From: Octopus bimaculoides
Taxonomy: Eukaryota
DNA: 54,644 nucleotides
NCBI RefSeq assembly: GCF_001194135.2
Contig: NC_068982.1
Coordinates: 69,848,097 to 69,902,740, forward strand
Direction: 5' to 3'
Part shown: positions 1 to 11,819 of the stretch, one piece after another
How the letters are laid out: every line of letters begins with the position of its first letter
How positions within the stretch are numbered: position 1 is the first letter of the stretch
Translations under genes and position numbers: made by a program
The notes under the pieces: model-generated
Told to the model about the DNA's origin: nothing
What the model saw: the letters and a program-made list of their open reading frames with translations, nothing else
Database searches by the model: none

Positions 1-6
1 AGATGT

Positions 7-450
7 GTGCGGCTTTCCAGCAGCACTTTGCGCGGCTGTTTGGGGAGGGAGCTGGGTAGACACGGTAGCGAACTTTACTTCGTACCTAGACGGCCTACCA
101 CGGCCTCGGTGATGGACGCGAGATTCTGCGAAAAGCCGATTACCACCTCTGAAATGCAAGAGACGATGAGCGATTGCACAAGTCGCAAATCACCCGGTTT
201 GGATGGTCTGCCCTTCGAATTCTACGTTTTCATGCTAGATTTGTTTGGCAGCCTCTTGGCAGATGTCTACAGTAACTGGCAGCAGAACGAGAGAATTCCT
301 AGTGCTGTTAGCTGGGATGTAGTAACACTGCTGAGAAAGAACGCTGACAATTGGGACGTGTTTCAGCACAGAGTTTAAGATTTTGGCCAAGGTGTTAGCG
401 AAAAGGTTGGCGCTTGTTGTTGGTAGTCTGGTCAGGGAAGGCCAACAAGA
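7..450 (+). mobile_element. Tx1/L1-clade LINE reverse-transcriptase fragment, frameshifted
   Basis: ORF 7-378 contains KSPGLDGLPFEFY...IPSAVSWDVVTLLRK. After a frameshift near 370 it reads FKILAKVLAKRLALVVGSLVREGQ. Both are typical N-terminal RT motifs of L1/Tx1 elements. Confidence 0.8.
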
Positions 451-510
451 TTACAAATACTTTCTCAACTTACGGAGAACCAAATTTCAGTGACTTCACA
501 GTATGGCGGC

Positions 511-511
<1 letters not shown>

Positions 512-566
<55 letters not shown>
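512..566 (+). repeat. (AAT)n microsatellite
   Basis: Pure AAT tract read directly; it explains the poly-Tyr of ORF 470-682. Confidence 0.95.
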
Positions 567-568
<2 letters not shown>

Positions 569-834
569 TATAAAGGATTGAGATAACTCCTCCTGAAGAT
601 ATAGAGTCAAAATTAAAAGAAGAGTGCCATTGTTATCTAGTGAACGATATTTCGACATCTTGTGTACCTTCAACTGGTTCAAAAAATAAATTTGTCAATC
701 TACTTCATTTTAGTTAATATATAAAGGATTGAGGTAACTCCTCCTGAAGATATAGAGTTAAAATTAAAAGAGGAGTGCCATTGTTATCTAGTGAAAGATA
801 TTTCGACATCTTGTGTATCTTCAACTGGTTCAAA
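564..834 (+). repeat. 151-bp tandem duplication (1.8 copies)
   Basis: TAATATATAAAGGATTGAG...CAACTGGTTCAAA starts at 564 and again at 715, with about 5 substitutions. Confidence 0.9.
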
Positions 835-859
835 TAGTAATAATCCTTCCTATTATAGG

Positions 860-1060
860 CACAAAGCCTGAAATTAGCGGGGGAGGGGGTAAGTCGATTA
901 CAGGGACCCCAGTGCGTAACCGGTACTTATTTAATCGACCCCGAAAGAGTTAAAATGCAAAGTCGACCTCGGCGGAATTTGAACTCAGAACATGAAGACG
1001 GACGAAATACCACTAGGTATTTCGCCCGGCGTGCTAACGATTCTGCCAGCTCGCTGTGTC
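860..1060 (-). mobile_element. SINE family B (~200 bp, B-box GTTCAAATTCC)
   Basis: Reverse complement matches the abundant ...GTTCAAATTCCGCCGAGGTCGACTTTGC...CGGGGTCGATTAAATAAGTACC element. Other approximate copies: 5070-5245, 6715-6930, 14180-14420, 15725-15985, 19260-19470, 21410-21645, 29965-30180, 43715-43850, 44930-45100. Confidence 0.8.
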
Positions 1061-1082
1061 CTAACAACAATAATAATAGTCA

Positions 1083-1345
1083 ACAACTCAACATCAAGAG
1101 GGGAAACTTTCAAGGAGACTGTATCACCCTTGCTGTTTATTGTTAGTATGTTACCACTCTCCCTGGTTTTGAAGCAGATTAGAGCTGGTTACAAACTGCT
1201 AGAGAGCATATGACCAATTAATCACCTGTTGTTTACGGACGATTTGCTGCTGATATTGCTGTTGAAGGCATTTAAGACCTGCCCTGTAATATGTAAACTC
1301 TACAAGGTAATGTGTGGTGATTCACCATATCACGGAATCATGAAC
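1083..1345 (+). mobile_element. R4/Dong-like (RLE) non-LTR retrotransposon RT fragment
   Basis: Frameshifted translation NIKRGNFQGD / SPLLFIVSMLPLSLVLKQIRAGYKL / INHLLFTDDLLL gives the RT QGD and (Y/F)xDD motifs in an R4-like context. Confidence 0.7.
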
Positions 1346-2215
1346 TAATCCCAATGATGCAAGAAAGTTAATTTGTACTTTTAGTGTCCATTGTATTAAC
1401 ACAAATATGCTGAATAATATATAACTCCTTTTCAGTAAACTAATCGATATTAACGATGTTGTCCACAATTCTCACGGGCGTTTACTGTATAACAAGGTCA
1501 TCCGTTTCTTCTATACATAAACAATCTCAAAATAAACTTTCGGTTTTAAAGAAAAACATTCTAGTGTCGTTCATTGCTTATTTAGTCAAGTTACAGAACA
1601 TTATTTTACTTTCATTTTATGATGCCAATTTCTGCCGACTTCATTAGTTACTTTTTCTGGGTCATAAAACGAAACATCACCCTGAAATACTTTTAGAAAT
1701 ATATTTTTCTCACAAACACTTACTAAGTTCCGCACAAACAATGTCGTGTACTGTCCACAGATGGAAAATTAAAGCGAAGATGAAAATTTTCCACTTTGTA
1801 AATAAGTAAGATTAAAAGTTATCTCCCTTGGCAACAATTCTTCGAAAAATACAAGTTTTTCTTATTTTCTTTCCGTATCTAATTCAAATTTAGATGAAAA
1901 TCTTATCCATTTCCTTAATCAGACTCTGATGGAATAGAATGTTCTTCATTTTTATAACCTCTGCATGATCTCTTCGCTTTAAAAAAAAAAAAGATATGAT
2001 GCTGGAATTATTGGCGAATAATAAGACTTGTGAGAAAGACATAAGGGTAGATAACTCAGAAAGGAGATTTGATACTTGTCTATATCTCTGTGCGTGCGTG
2101 TTTTGTTTTTGTTTGTTTGTTTTTTTCTCTCTTTTTAATTTAGAGTTACTTTCAACCGGCCTCCTGCTAGATAGCGAGCTTGTGAAGGAAAGCATCTATC
2201 TTTGTTCATTATCCT

Positions 2216-3110
2216 TTAAATCTTAAGACGGTCTTGCAGACTTTTATAGTTCCTGATATGATTATTTGTAGTGGTATGAATTGAGAAGTTATATTCTCTC
2301 CCCAAGAACCCAGTTTCAGCCATAATTTGTTCCAGGCGGGTTTGTATATACCCTGTTACTCCAATAATAATAGGTACGAAACTGAAAGTATATTTTGGGT
2401 ATTGAATTTGCAAATTCTTTATCAATAGTCCTTTCTACTGTATTTTTCTAACCACATTGGCAGCTGATTTTCACAACAGAACATATCTTTTCCTTGCAGT
2501 ACCAGAATATCTGGCTGGTTGTATTTTTACTTGGTAGCTGTTTTAATTCTTAAATTTCACAAGCCCTCTTTTGACTCACCAGTCTTAATATAGCCAACTT
2601 CGTTAATTGATGTTTTCTTCTTTATTATCCTGTTCCAGGCTGTTCCACTGCAATATGCCTCATGGGAAGATAATTTCAGAAAGACATTCTCTTTCTGTTG
2701 GCAATAATGTAGTTGATGTCTTCAGTCATGGTTTTACATTTGTTGTCTATCAATATTTTCTGCCTGGTGGAGAACTCTTGTTCTTGAATTGCATGGAGGT
2801 AGCACTTCAAAATGGGATGTGATAAACTTGTCGTTACTCCAAAATGGGATGTGATAACTTGTCGTTACATAATCAATTCCTTCTTTGGTTTGTGTCTTTC
2901 ATGCCAAGTACTTATGCATTATCTTCTCAGTGAACTGGCTCATTCTTTTTTCTTTTTTTGTTCTTTGCATAAAGAGAATTTATCAATGCTCCTTTGGGAG
3001 AGATCTGTATCTGCTTTTATTCCTTGCCTTTCCTCAAGATCATTAGCTGTTCTAATTATAGAGTAGCAAATTTCAGTGAGATAGTTACTGGTCTCCTTCC
3101 TCTGCTGAAA
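2216..3110 (-). mobile_element. Degenerate RLE-type non-LTR retrotransposon, 3' part (copy 1)
   Basis: Translates to IQYPKYTFSFVPIIIGVTGYIQ... Nucleotide-level similarity to 34790-35660 (for example GATACAGATCTCTCCC..AGGAGCATTG) in the opposite orientation. Confidence 0.7.
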
Positions 3111-4151
3111 ATGCTACTTCAGCATCACAATATGTACTACACAATATGTACAGATTTGAGATCACAGCCACCATCCTTGCATAAGAAATATAGCCTCAAC
3201 ACACAACACTCAACACTCACTGGAACTGAACTTGCCAGACAAGACAAGGCTTGCAGAAGAAAAACCCTGTGAATGAGGTAGAGATCAGAAGTCCTTCAGG
3301 ATCAGGCATGATTCCAAAAAGAGATGCAAAGGCCTGAGTTGACTCCACAGTGAAAACATGATTTGGTAGTAAGCTGACTGCCCCCACATATATATGTACA
3401 TCTACTCTGAAAGGAATGAGCAATCATTTGATGATGATGAAGCTTTTGATTTCTAGTAGACAGAAGTTTACCACTAATGTCAGCACTTTCACCTCCACCA
3501 AAACCAGTCTGGACAAGGTCAAGTACAAATTATTCTATGAAGATTTGAATATTGTCATCACCTCATCATCACTGTATTTACGCCTGCTTGAGCCCCACTC
3601 CAGCTTTCATGATCCACCACCTTTCCTGAAGCTTCTCTATCCACACTTTCATTTCTTGGACATGTTACCATAAGGGTATGTTGTGGTACGTTGTCATCAC
3701 TGTATTTACTTGTTTGAGCCCCACTTCAACCTCCTCCGTCCACCCATGTAAAATACGAATCTCTTCCACAAATATTAATCTATTCCTGCTTTCCCTCATC
3801 ATACTTTAACTTCTCAATACCTTGCTTAAAGCAACCACTTATTTGAGGAGCACTCTGAAGAAGAACCCAATACACATGGTAAAATGGTTGGCATTAGGAA
3901 AGAACATCCAGCCATAGAAATCATGCCAAAATTGTGACACTGGTAGACCAACTATGCTGGAATCCCTGAGCCAAGATAGATGATAGGATAAAGGTATAAT
4001 GAATAAGATGGATTGGAGATGGCTGTGGGGAGGAGGACGAAAGTTTGAAGGAGAGATAAGGATAAGAAGGGATAAGATATACATTAGGTAGCTCAACTGA
4101 CCACGATTGTTAATCAGTTTATAGGAATGTTAAAAGACTGTTGAATCACCT

Positions 4152-4186
<35 letters not shown>

Positions 4187-4189
4187 AAG

Positions 4190-4590
4190 TGTATATATAT
4201 TCTTTTATTCTTTTACTAGTTTCAGCTCAAAAACTGTGACCATGCTGGATCACTGCTATTAGATTTGCTACGCTTTTGTTATTTGAAAAACTTCCTCTGA
4301 TATGTGGAATTTGGTGAATGAGGGAGTTTGATGTTGCTTCCCTCATTTGCATTTCCTGCCATGAGATAGGTTCATCTGCAACACTTGACAAGAGGAGATC
4401 CACCCCATGTACATCTCTCAAACTTTTTGGGAAGATACTGAAATGCCATGGACACTTGAAACCCAAACTGTAGCATTATCTGTTCCTGTATCTTGATAGC
4501 AATGTTGGGATCTTTGGCACTATGCAGTAGCGCCCTGTTCTGATGTTTGTGTAACTTTCAATACTGAAGTTTGGTACAAATCCTTCCACG

Positions 4591-4596
<6 letters not shown>
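4190..4596 (-). mobile_element. CR1/L2-type LINE 3' end with SINE-like tail
   Basis: KIVEGFVPNFSIESYTNIRTGRYCIVPKIP...SLGFKCPWHFSIFPKSLRD...VADEP resembles a CR1/L2 ORF2 C-terminus. It ends in CAGCATGGTCACAG...GAAACTAGTAAAAGAATAAAAGAATA. Confidence 0.65.
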
Positions 4597-4656
<60 letters not shown>

Positions 4657-4959
4657 NNNNNNNNNNNNNNNNNNNNNNNNNNNNNNNNNNNNNNNNNNNN
4701 NNNNNNNNNNNNNNNNNNNNNNNNNNNNNNNNNNNNNNNNNNNNNNNNNNNNNNNNNNNNNNNNNNNNNNNNNNNNNNNNNNNNNNNNNNNNNNNNNNNC
4801 AAAACTATTTAATTCCAAGATTCATTTATGTTTAACAACTGAATGAATTTAATAACAACATCTAAATATGAAACGGCATGAAAATTGTTCAAACTGAAGT
4901 CCCTCTTGCGCAGCAAATTTCTCCCTTCGAGTCAATACAGAATTATAGATAGTATTTAT

Positions 4960-5002
4960 GGAAGTTTGAACTACTGTCGGGTGACTTTTGGCCACCCCTT
5001 TA
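4960..5002. mobile_element. Probable Tc1/mariner terminal inverted repeat remnant
   Basis: AACTACTGTCGGGTGACTTTTGGCCACCCCT followed by TA, which resembles a mariner end with a TA target. No partner end found. Confidence 0.35.
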
Positions 5003-5389
5003 TATATAAAATACACATACATTCACATATATACATACATACACACATATATAATCTTTTCTACTCTAGGTACAAGGCCTGAAATTTTGGGGGAACGGGC
5101 CAGTCAATTAGGTCGACCCCAGTACGCAAATAATACTTAATTTATCGACCTCGAAAGGATGAAAGGCAAAGTCGACCTCAGCGGAATTTGAACTCACAAT
5201 GTAAATACCACTAAGCATTTCGCCCGGCGTGCTAACGTTTCTGTCATACGTACATATGTATGTATGTATGTATGTAGAGGTGCATGGCTTAGCAGTTAGC
5301 ATATTGTATTCATGATCATAGGATTGCGGTTTCAATTCCTGGACCAGGCAAAACTATGACTCAGGAAGGACTTTTAATCCTTTGATGCA

Positions 5390-5810
5390 TCTATACTCTT
5401 TTACTCTTTTACTTGTTTCAGTCATTTGACTGTGGCCATGCTGGAGCACCGCCTTTAATCGAGCAAATCGACCCCAAGACTTATTCTTTGTAAGCCTAGT
5501 ACTTATTCTATCGGTCCTTTTTGCTGAACCGCTAAGTAACGGGGACGTAAACACACCAGCATCAGTTGTCAAGCAATGTTGGGGGGACAAACATAGACAC
5601 ACAAACATATACACACACATATACATATATATATACATATATACGACGGGCTTCTTTAAGTTTCCGTCCACCAAATCCACTCACAAGGCTTTGGTTGGCA
5701 GAGGCTATAGTAGAAGACACTTTCCCAAGGTGCCACGCAGCGGGACTGAACCCAAAGCCATGTAGTTGGTAAGCAAGCTACTTACCACACAGCCACTCCT
5801 ACACCTATGT
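5390..5810 (-). mobile_element. SINE family C (~420 bp, bipartite with internal (TA)/(CA) microsatellite)
   Basis: Conserved blocks GGCACCTTGGG...AAGTGTCTTCTACTATAGCC and AAGGCGGTGCTCCAGCATGGCC...TGACTGAAACAAGTAAAAGAGTA. Other approximate copies: 16511-16765, 24475-24870, 28790-29180, 31600-31995, 52550-52850, 53640-54005. Confidence 0.8.
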
Positions 5811-8564
5811 GTACATATATATGAAATAGACAGTTTATGGTTTCCAGGTCAATGCCTGTCATTTCAGTCTTCCCCAGTGTTACTAGAACAAAAAAGAAAT
5901 TCACTCAAAATATCGTAATCTTCCTTCTACTGATAAAATAGATTAATCAACTATAGACAAGTTAAAAGATATATCTGAAGTCAGGGGAAAGTAACGTAAA
6001 ACGGCATTATTAGAAAAAAAAATAGTTCCATATGTTACAAATCAGTCGGTAAATGTCTGAAAGCAGCTTTTGGCAAAGTTGTAAATAAATAAATAAAAAT
6101 ACATATATAAGATAAGATAAAAAAAAATTGTGAATTTGTGAAATAAATATGAAAGCAAGATAGCTAGAGTTATGTCCCTTGTAACAGGTGATCGTGTGGA
6201 ATATTCGACTAGTTTTGTGCGTGGCTCTCTCTCTCTCTCTCTCTCTCTCTGCGTGCGTGCGTGCATAGATTGCCGGCTAGACAAGCAAACAGACGTAAGT
6301 AAAATGTTATCATCATTATTATTTAACGTACGTTAATTGTATTTATTTATGAAAGCACACAAAAAAAACTGTGCAGTATATACACACAAACACACATAAC
6401 TATCTATCTAGTGAACTAGCTGCGGATGCACAGACAAAAACAGATAACTGTGCACCTTAGTATGTATTTATGAAGACTAAAAATTTATAGGTATGTGTGT
6501 ATGTGTGCATGCCCACACATATACATAAATGCAGACATGTATAAGTGTATGGATGCTTGCCCACATAAATACTACATGCATTTAGCATATGACAAGGCCC
6601 TAGGTCTATCATATTTTAACCCTGATGAAATACACTGCCTTTGTTTCAATTACTTTTGAAACTAATGAAGAATTTAGTCAAATAAGTTCATCACTATTAA
6701 ATCTCGTGTGAAAGCAGCAAGCTGACAGAATCATTTGGATGCCAGGCAGAATGCTTAGTAACACCTCACCCATCTTTATGTTCTGGGTTCAAATTTTGCT
6801 GAGGTCAACTTTGCCGTTCATCCTTTCAGGGTCGATAAAATAAGTACAAGTGAAATACTGGCACCAATGTGATTGACTAGCACTCACCCTTGAAATTGCT
6901 GGCCTCATGCCAAAATTTGAAACCAATATTAACAGGAAATTCTAATAAAGGGTTTTAATCCTTTACCATTTAAACTGTCCATATCCAACTCAAATGTTCT
7001 CCCTTTTCTATGTTCAAACTGGCTATATCTGGCCACTCACACCTACCCCCACAATGTCTTTCTAACAAATAAAAAACCAAACCATTGAAATCTTGAAGCT
7101 GTGAATAATGCATGATTAATTCAAAACAATGGGAATAGATAAGCATTATATTTGACAAAGGAATCATCATCATCATCGTCGTCGTCATTTAACATTTGTT
7201 TTCCATGTTGGCATGGGTTGGACGGTTTGACAGGAGCTGACCAGCTGAAGAGCTGTTCAGGCTCTATGCTAAAAGGTTAATTTAGATCACCTCAAAACAG
7301 GAGGCTTGTCTCATAGAACCAAAGTTAGCCTCAAGCAGGTTTGTAGCAAAAGGGTCAAGCTGGGTTCATTTTCATATATTGTCATTAATCTTTTTATTTT
7401 TTGTTTAAGAACAATAACTTTTCAAGATCCTTTATCATTTTAAAATCTTCCTGGGCTTATCCATTGGATGGAATGATCATATCAGCAGGCAGCATCATTA
7501 TCATCATCATTATATGCAGTCCATTTAACATGCTGGTATAGGTTGGACAGTTTGACCAGATGTGATGAACCAGAGAACTGTATCAAGCTCCAATTTCTGC
7601 CCTGGTAAGATTTTTATAGCTGGTGACACTGGCTTACGCTTGTTGTCTGATCCCCATATACTGCATTAATATTCCTCACATTTTCTGTTGCGTTGTTGCC
7701 ATTATTGAACTCATAAAACTAAATATGCTGAATATGCTCCTTTGTCACTTCCATTGTAGCTTTGAAAAAATAACTGTTAAAATCGAACTGCATTCTTCAA
7801 AACTTGCACTAAGAATAAGTACAAGGTAAAATTACTACCTGCTTTTATAGCAAGTTGATGCAGGTAGTTTATCCCATCCCCTCCAACTTTTGGTTCATGC
7901 AACTGAAAAAAAACGCAATATTTATGGGATGACCCAATAAATAATGGTTTCAGTGTCTAGGTTTGTTTTGCAATATAATGTGCTGGTGTAATAGTTTCTT
8001 GTTGTACCCCAGCCAGTGAAAACGTGTCGAACTCATATGTCAATTATAACAAATGTTACAATTTTTGTATTTTATATCTAAATTTGGAAACTGCTAAATG
8101 CTGGTGAAGACTTCTATCCCTCAAGTCATCACATCTTTGGTATTCCACTGGGTCAAGACTGGGGAAACCAAGAACATGTTTATGTCTGCTTGTGACTATA
8201 CAGGCTTCTAAAACAATTAGTAAAGATATGGTACAAGCTACCAAGTCATGCTTGCTTGTGAGTGACAGCTAAGCATACCTGTATGAGATACTTTCAAAAA
8301 GTATCCAATTTTACTTCTCGCCAAAACTAATGCCACATGGGCAAAATCCTTTAGGTGGGAAGTGACATCTCCCTTCCTGCGAAGAGAGGACTGATATCAA
8401 TAGAAGACTGCATAGAGAGTGGATGCACATGGCTTAGTGGTTAGGGTATTGGACTCATGATCGTAAGATTGTGGTTTCAATTCCTGGACTGGGTAACGCA
8501 TCATCTTCTTGAGCAAAACAATTCATTTCACATTACCCTGATCCACTCAGCTGGAATACTTTTT

Positions 8565-9472
8565 ACTGTATAGAGATGGCAGAACATGATATAGAAGTGA
8601 ATGTGAAGAATGGTACCAAAAGACTGTTTTCAGCTACCAGAGGAGAGAAGGAAGCTGTGGAGACTGCAATGGAATACAAGAAAAAAGAAAACAGGTGCAA
8701 GAAAGAACTATCTGGGGAAAAGAACTGCATGGTCAGCATCTTAGACAAATGCAAGATGAGTTTAGGATATGGCTGAAGAATGGAAACCTTAAGAAAGAAA
8801 TGGAAGCACTTATAAGGGCTGCTCAAAACCACTTATTGTGGATGAATATCAGTAAGGCAAAAATAGACAAATCTGAAAAAAAGTGCAAAGTGCAGAATAT
8901 GTAATGAGAAAGAGGAATCAGTTATGCACATAAGTCCCTGTAGTCTTTTGGTACAAAAGGGAATAAAGACATAGACATTATTCTGTGGCCAGGACATTAT
9001 ACTGGCACATATTATGATAAAGAGAATTTGAGGTAGGAAAAAATGGTACAAACATCAAACAGAGAGTACAATCAGGATAAGACTTTATGGGATTTTAGTG
9101 TACAGACTGATCAGGAACTTCATTCAAGGTAACCAAATATTATTGTTCTGGACAAGGGGAAAAAAGAGTGCATCATCATTGATGCGTCTATGTCTGCAGA
9201 CATGAGTGTAACAGTTAAAGAACAAAAGAAAATAGGAAAATACCAGGATTTAGCTAGGGAAATACGGAAACTGTGGAGGGTGTGTACAAAAGTAATCTTG
9301 GTCATCATAAGTGCCCTAGGTACATTCACCAACAGTTTGGCAGTTTTCTCATTGAGATTGATGTAACTATGAGAGTTGCGTTAATTCAGAAATCTGCTCT
9401 GTTGGCAACAGCAAGAATTGTAAGAAAGGTCCTTCATATCTAAGGTAACTGGTTGTGGCCTGGTACACACCA

Positions 9473-9527
<55 letters not shown>
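8565..9527 (+). mobile_element. 5'-truncated R4/Dong-like retrotransposon ending in an (AAT)n tail
   Basis: WLKNGNLKKEMEALIRAAQNHLL..SKAKIDKSEKKCK (zinc-knuckle region), then LWDFSVQTD...IIVLDKGKKECIIIDAS...KEQKKIGKYQDLAREIRKLW (restriction-like endonuclease region). A short 3' UTR runs directly into (AAT)n at about 9475-9527. Confidence 0.8.
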
Positions 9528-9530
<3 letters not shown>

Positions 9531-9798
9531 TGATGATGATAAATTAATATTTTATTTATGCACCCTTTTCAAGCCTAGCCAGGCTCATGGGCCCGGTTTC
9601 CCGGTTTCTATGGCATATGTGTTCCCCCCAGCTGGACAGGACGCCAGTCCATCGCAAATAAATTAATAAGTTGATTAATATTAATACAAATGGAATTAAT
9701 ATGCCTTCTCAAGAAACATAGAAAATCAGAAGAAACATTTAAGCTAAACACTTGATCCAAAGACAAACTGTGAAGACAATTATAATAGTGCAAATTAC

Positions 9799-9930
9799 CT
9801 CAAGCTGGTCAACTAATTGCATCTCATATGTCAGCTGTTTGTCATGCAGTTCCTCAAGTTTTTTGCGAAATTCAGCCATTTTGCTTTCATACTCTGACAT
9901 TTCTGTGACAAAGGTGAGGTCCTCAAACGT
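9799..9930 (-). CDS. DRC3: DRC3 coding exon (TFEDL...LTYEMQLVDQLE), 132 nt, phase 0-0
   Basis: Acceptor TTTTACAG and donor GTAATT. 44 codons, open. The end matches the vertebrate DRC3 motif MTLEMQLVEQLE. Confidence 0.9.
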
Positions 9931-10214
9931 CTGTAAAATATGAGCAAAAGCTAAATATAAATTTTAAATTTTGTCCCATTCATTTATGGGTTTTCCTTGT
10001 CAAGCAAAGAAGCAAAAAAAAAAAGAATCCCAGAAGTAAGTTTTGAAGGAATATTGAACCTTATCATAAACAAGATGTTGCATGGCAGAGGAGAAAGGAA
10101 ATATGCCACAGGTATATTTCTTCACATCCATGCATCTTATATAAAAAGAGGACAATGATGATGATGATGATGATGAGAACCATTATAATAACTATGATGA
10201 TAATGATGATTTTT

Positions 10215-10593
10215 GCTGGCACTTTGTCGCTTGCGACGTCGAGGGTTCCAGTTGATCCGATCAACGGAACAGCCTGCTCGTGAAATTAACGTGCAAGTGG
10301 CTGAGCACTCCACAGACACATGTACCCTTAATGTAGTTCTCAGGGATATTCAGCGTGACACAGTGTGACAAGGCTGACCCTTTGAATTACAGGCACAACA
10401 GAAACAGGAAGTAAGAGTGAGAGAAAGTTGTGGGGAAAGAGTACAGCAGGGTTCGCCACTACCCTCTGCCAGAGCCTCGTGGAGCTTTTAGGTATTTTCG
10501 CTCAATAAACACTCAACGCCCGGTCTGGAAATCGAAACTGCAATCCTATGACCACGAGTCCGCTGCCCTAACCACTGGGCCATTGTGCCTCCA
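10215..10593 (-). mobile_element. SINE family A (~380 bp, tRNA-derived head, (CAA)n tail)
   Basis: Head GGAGGCACAATGGCCCAGTGGTTAGGGCAGCGGAC...GTTTCGATTTCC carries A/B boxes. Highly similar to 13601-13998, 18387-18767 and 25958-26358. Confidence 0.85.
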
Positions 10594-11149
10594 CTAATGA
10601 TGGTAACAATGACAATAATAACAATACAGATGCTGTTGCTACCACTGCCCATGCTGGTAATAATAATGATGATGACAAAAACAGCGATGGTTATGATGAC
10701 AACAACAACAATGCTGACAATGACAATGATGACAACAATATTCACTTTTCCATGCCAGCATGGGTCAGACAGACTTTGTGGAGGTAGATTGTTTATGGCC
10801 AGATGCTCTTCCTGTCACCAACACTCACCATTCCCCAAGCAAAGTGATACTTTCCCTGGCAAGACAGGATTCTCAAGGAAGACTAAAAATGAACAATAAC
10901 ACTTGTATAACAATGAAGCTCACTTACAAGCAACACATGATGTCAAGACAAGGGTACATGGAGACACAAATACAACACATACACACATGTGTACACATGT
11001 ATGTATACATACGTATGTGTATATACATATAAATATAAATATATATTTATATATATATATATAATACAAATAATATATGAGTATATGCATATATACGTAC
11101 ATGTATGTACATACCTACATCTACATGTATATATAGATGCATATCTGGG

Positions 11150-11510
11150 TACAGGACGTTGCAAAAAAACGTGGACAAAATGATAAACAGAGTACAGAAA
11201 ACACACAGGCCACATAGAGAACATTTCCTTCATCAGCTGCCACCATTCTAAAACTAAGCGTTTCGAAGAGTTAGGGCAGGACGCATTGTTAGAATGGCTC
11301 TTCCCACGGACCACAAATTAAATTTGTACCATGGAGGAATGTAGTGGCGGACATAAAACAAGACAGGAAAACGAAACAGTGAAAATAAACAAGAAAGACT
11401 ATACGGCCAGACGTGAAAAAATATGTGTATACTGAACGCTGTGAAGCAACGAACTGGAAGGAAGAGGGACGAAGAATGTTCGTGCAAGCTTGGCGATGGC
11501 CAAGATATGA
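11150..11510. mobile_element. Possible Penelope-like terminal-repeat remnant
   Basis: CpG-retaining block with TTCCTTCATCAGCTGCC...CGTTTCGAAG motifs reminiscent of Penelope pseudo-LTRs. A loosely similar block lies at about 23380-23480. Confidence 0.3.
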
Positions 11511-11775
11511 AAGGAAGTAGTAGCCGGACACAAGTGACCATCGAGTGGTAAGGAGAAAGAGTGGTAGAGGGAGAAAAAGGGGAGGAAGTAGAATATAGGT
11601 GAGCAACGAGAGACAGGGAGAAAGAGAGAGATATAGTAGTGAAGGGGAGAGGTGAAGGAAAGGCATCTAGCTGTAGAAACCATGCCAAAACAGACAACTG
11701 GAACCTGGTACAACTCTCCAGCTTGCCAGTCCAACCCATGGCAGCATGGAAAATGGACATTAAAAGATGATGATG

Positions 11776-11819
<44 letters not shown>

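Noticed and set aside
1890-1976. RRDHAEVIKMKNILFHQSLIKEMDKIFI* after a T-tract/AG as the DRC3 terminal exon
   Set aside because: No convincing similarity to the DRC3 C-terminus, and the intervening exons are not present.
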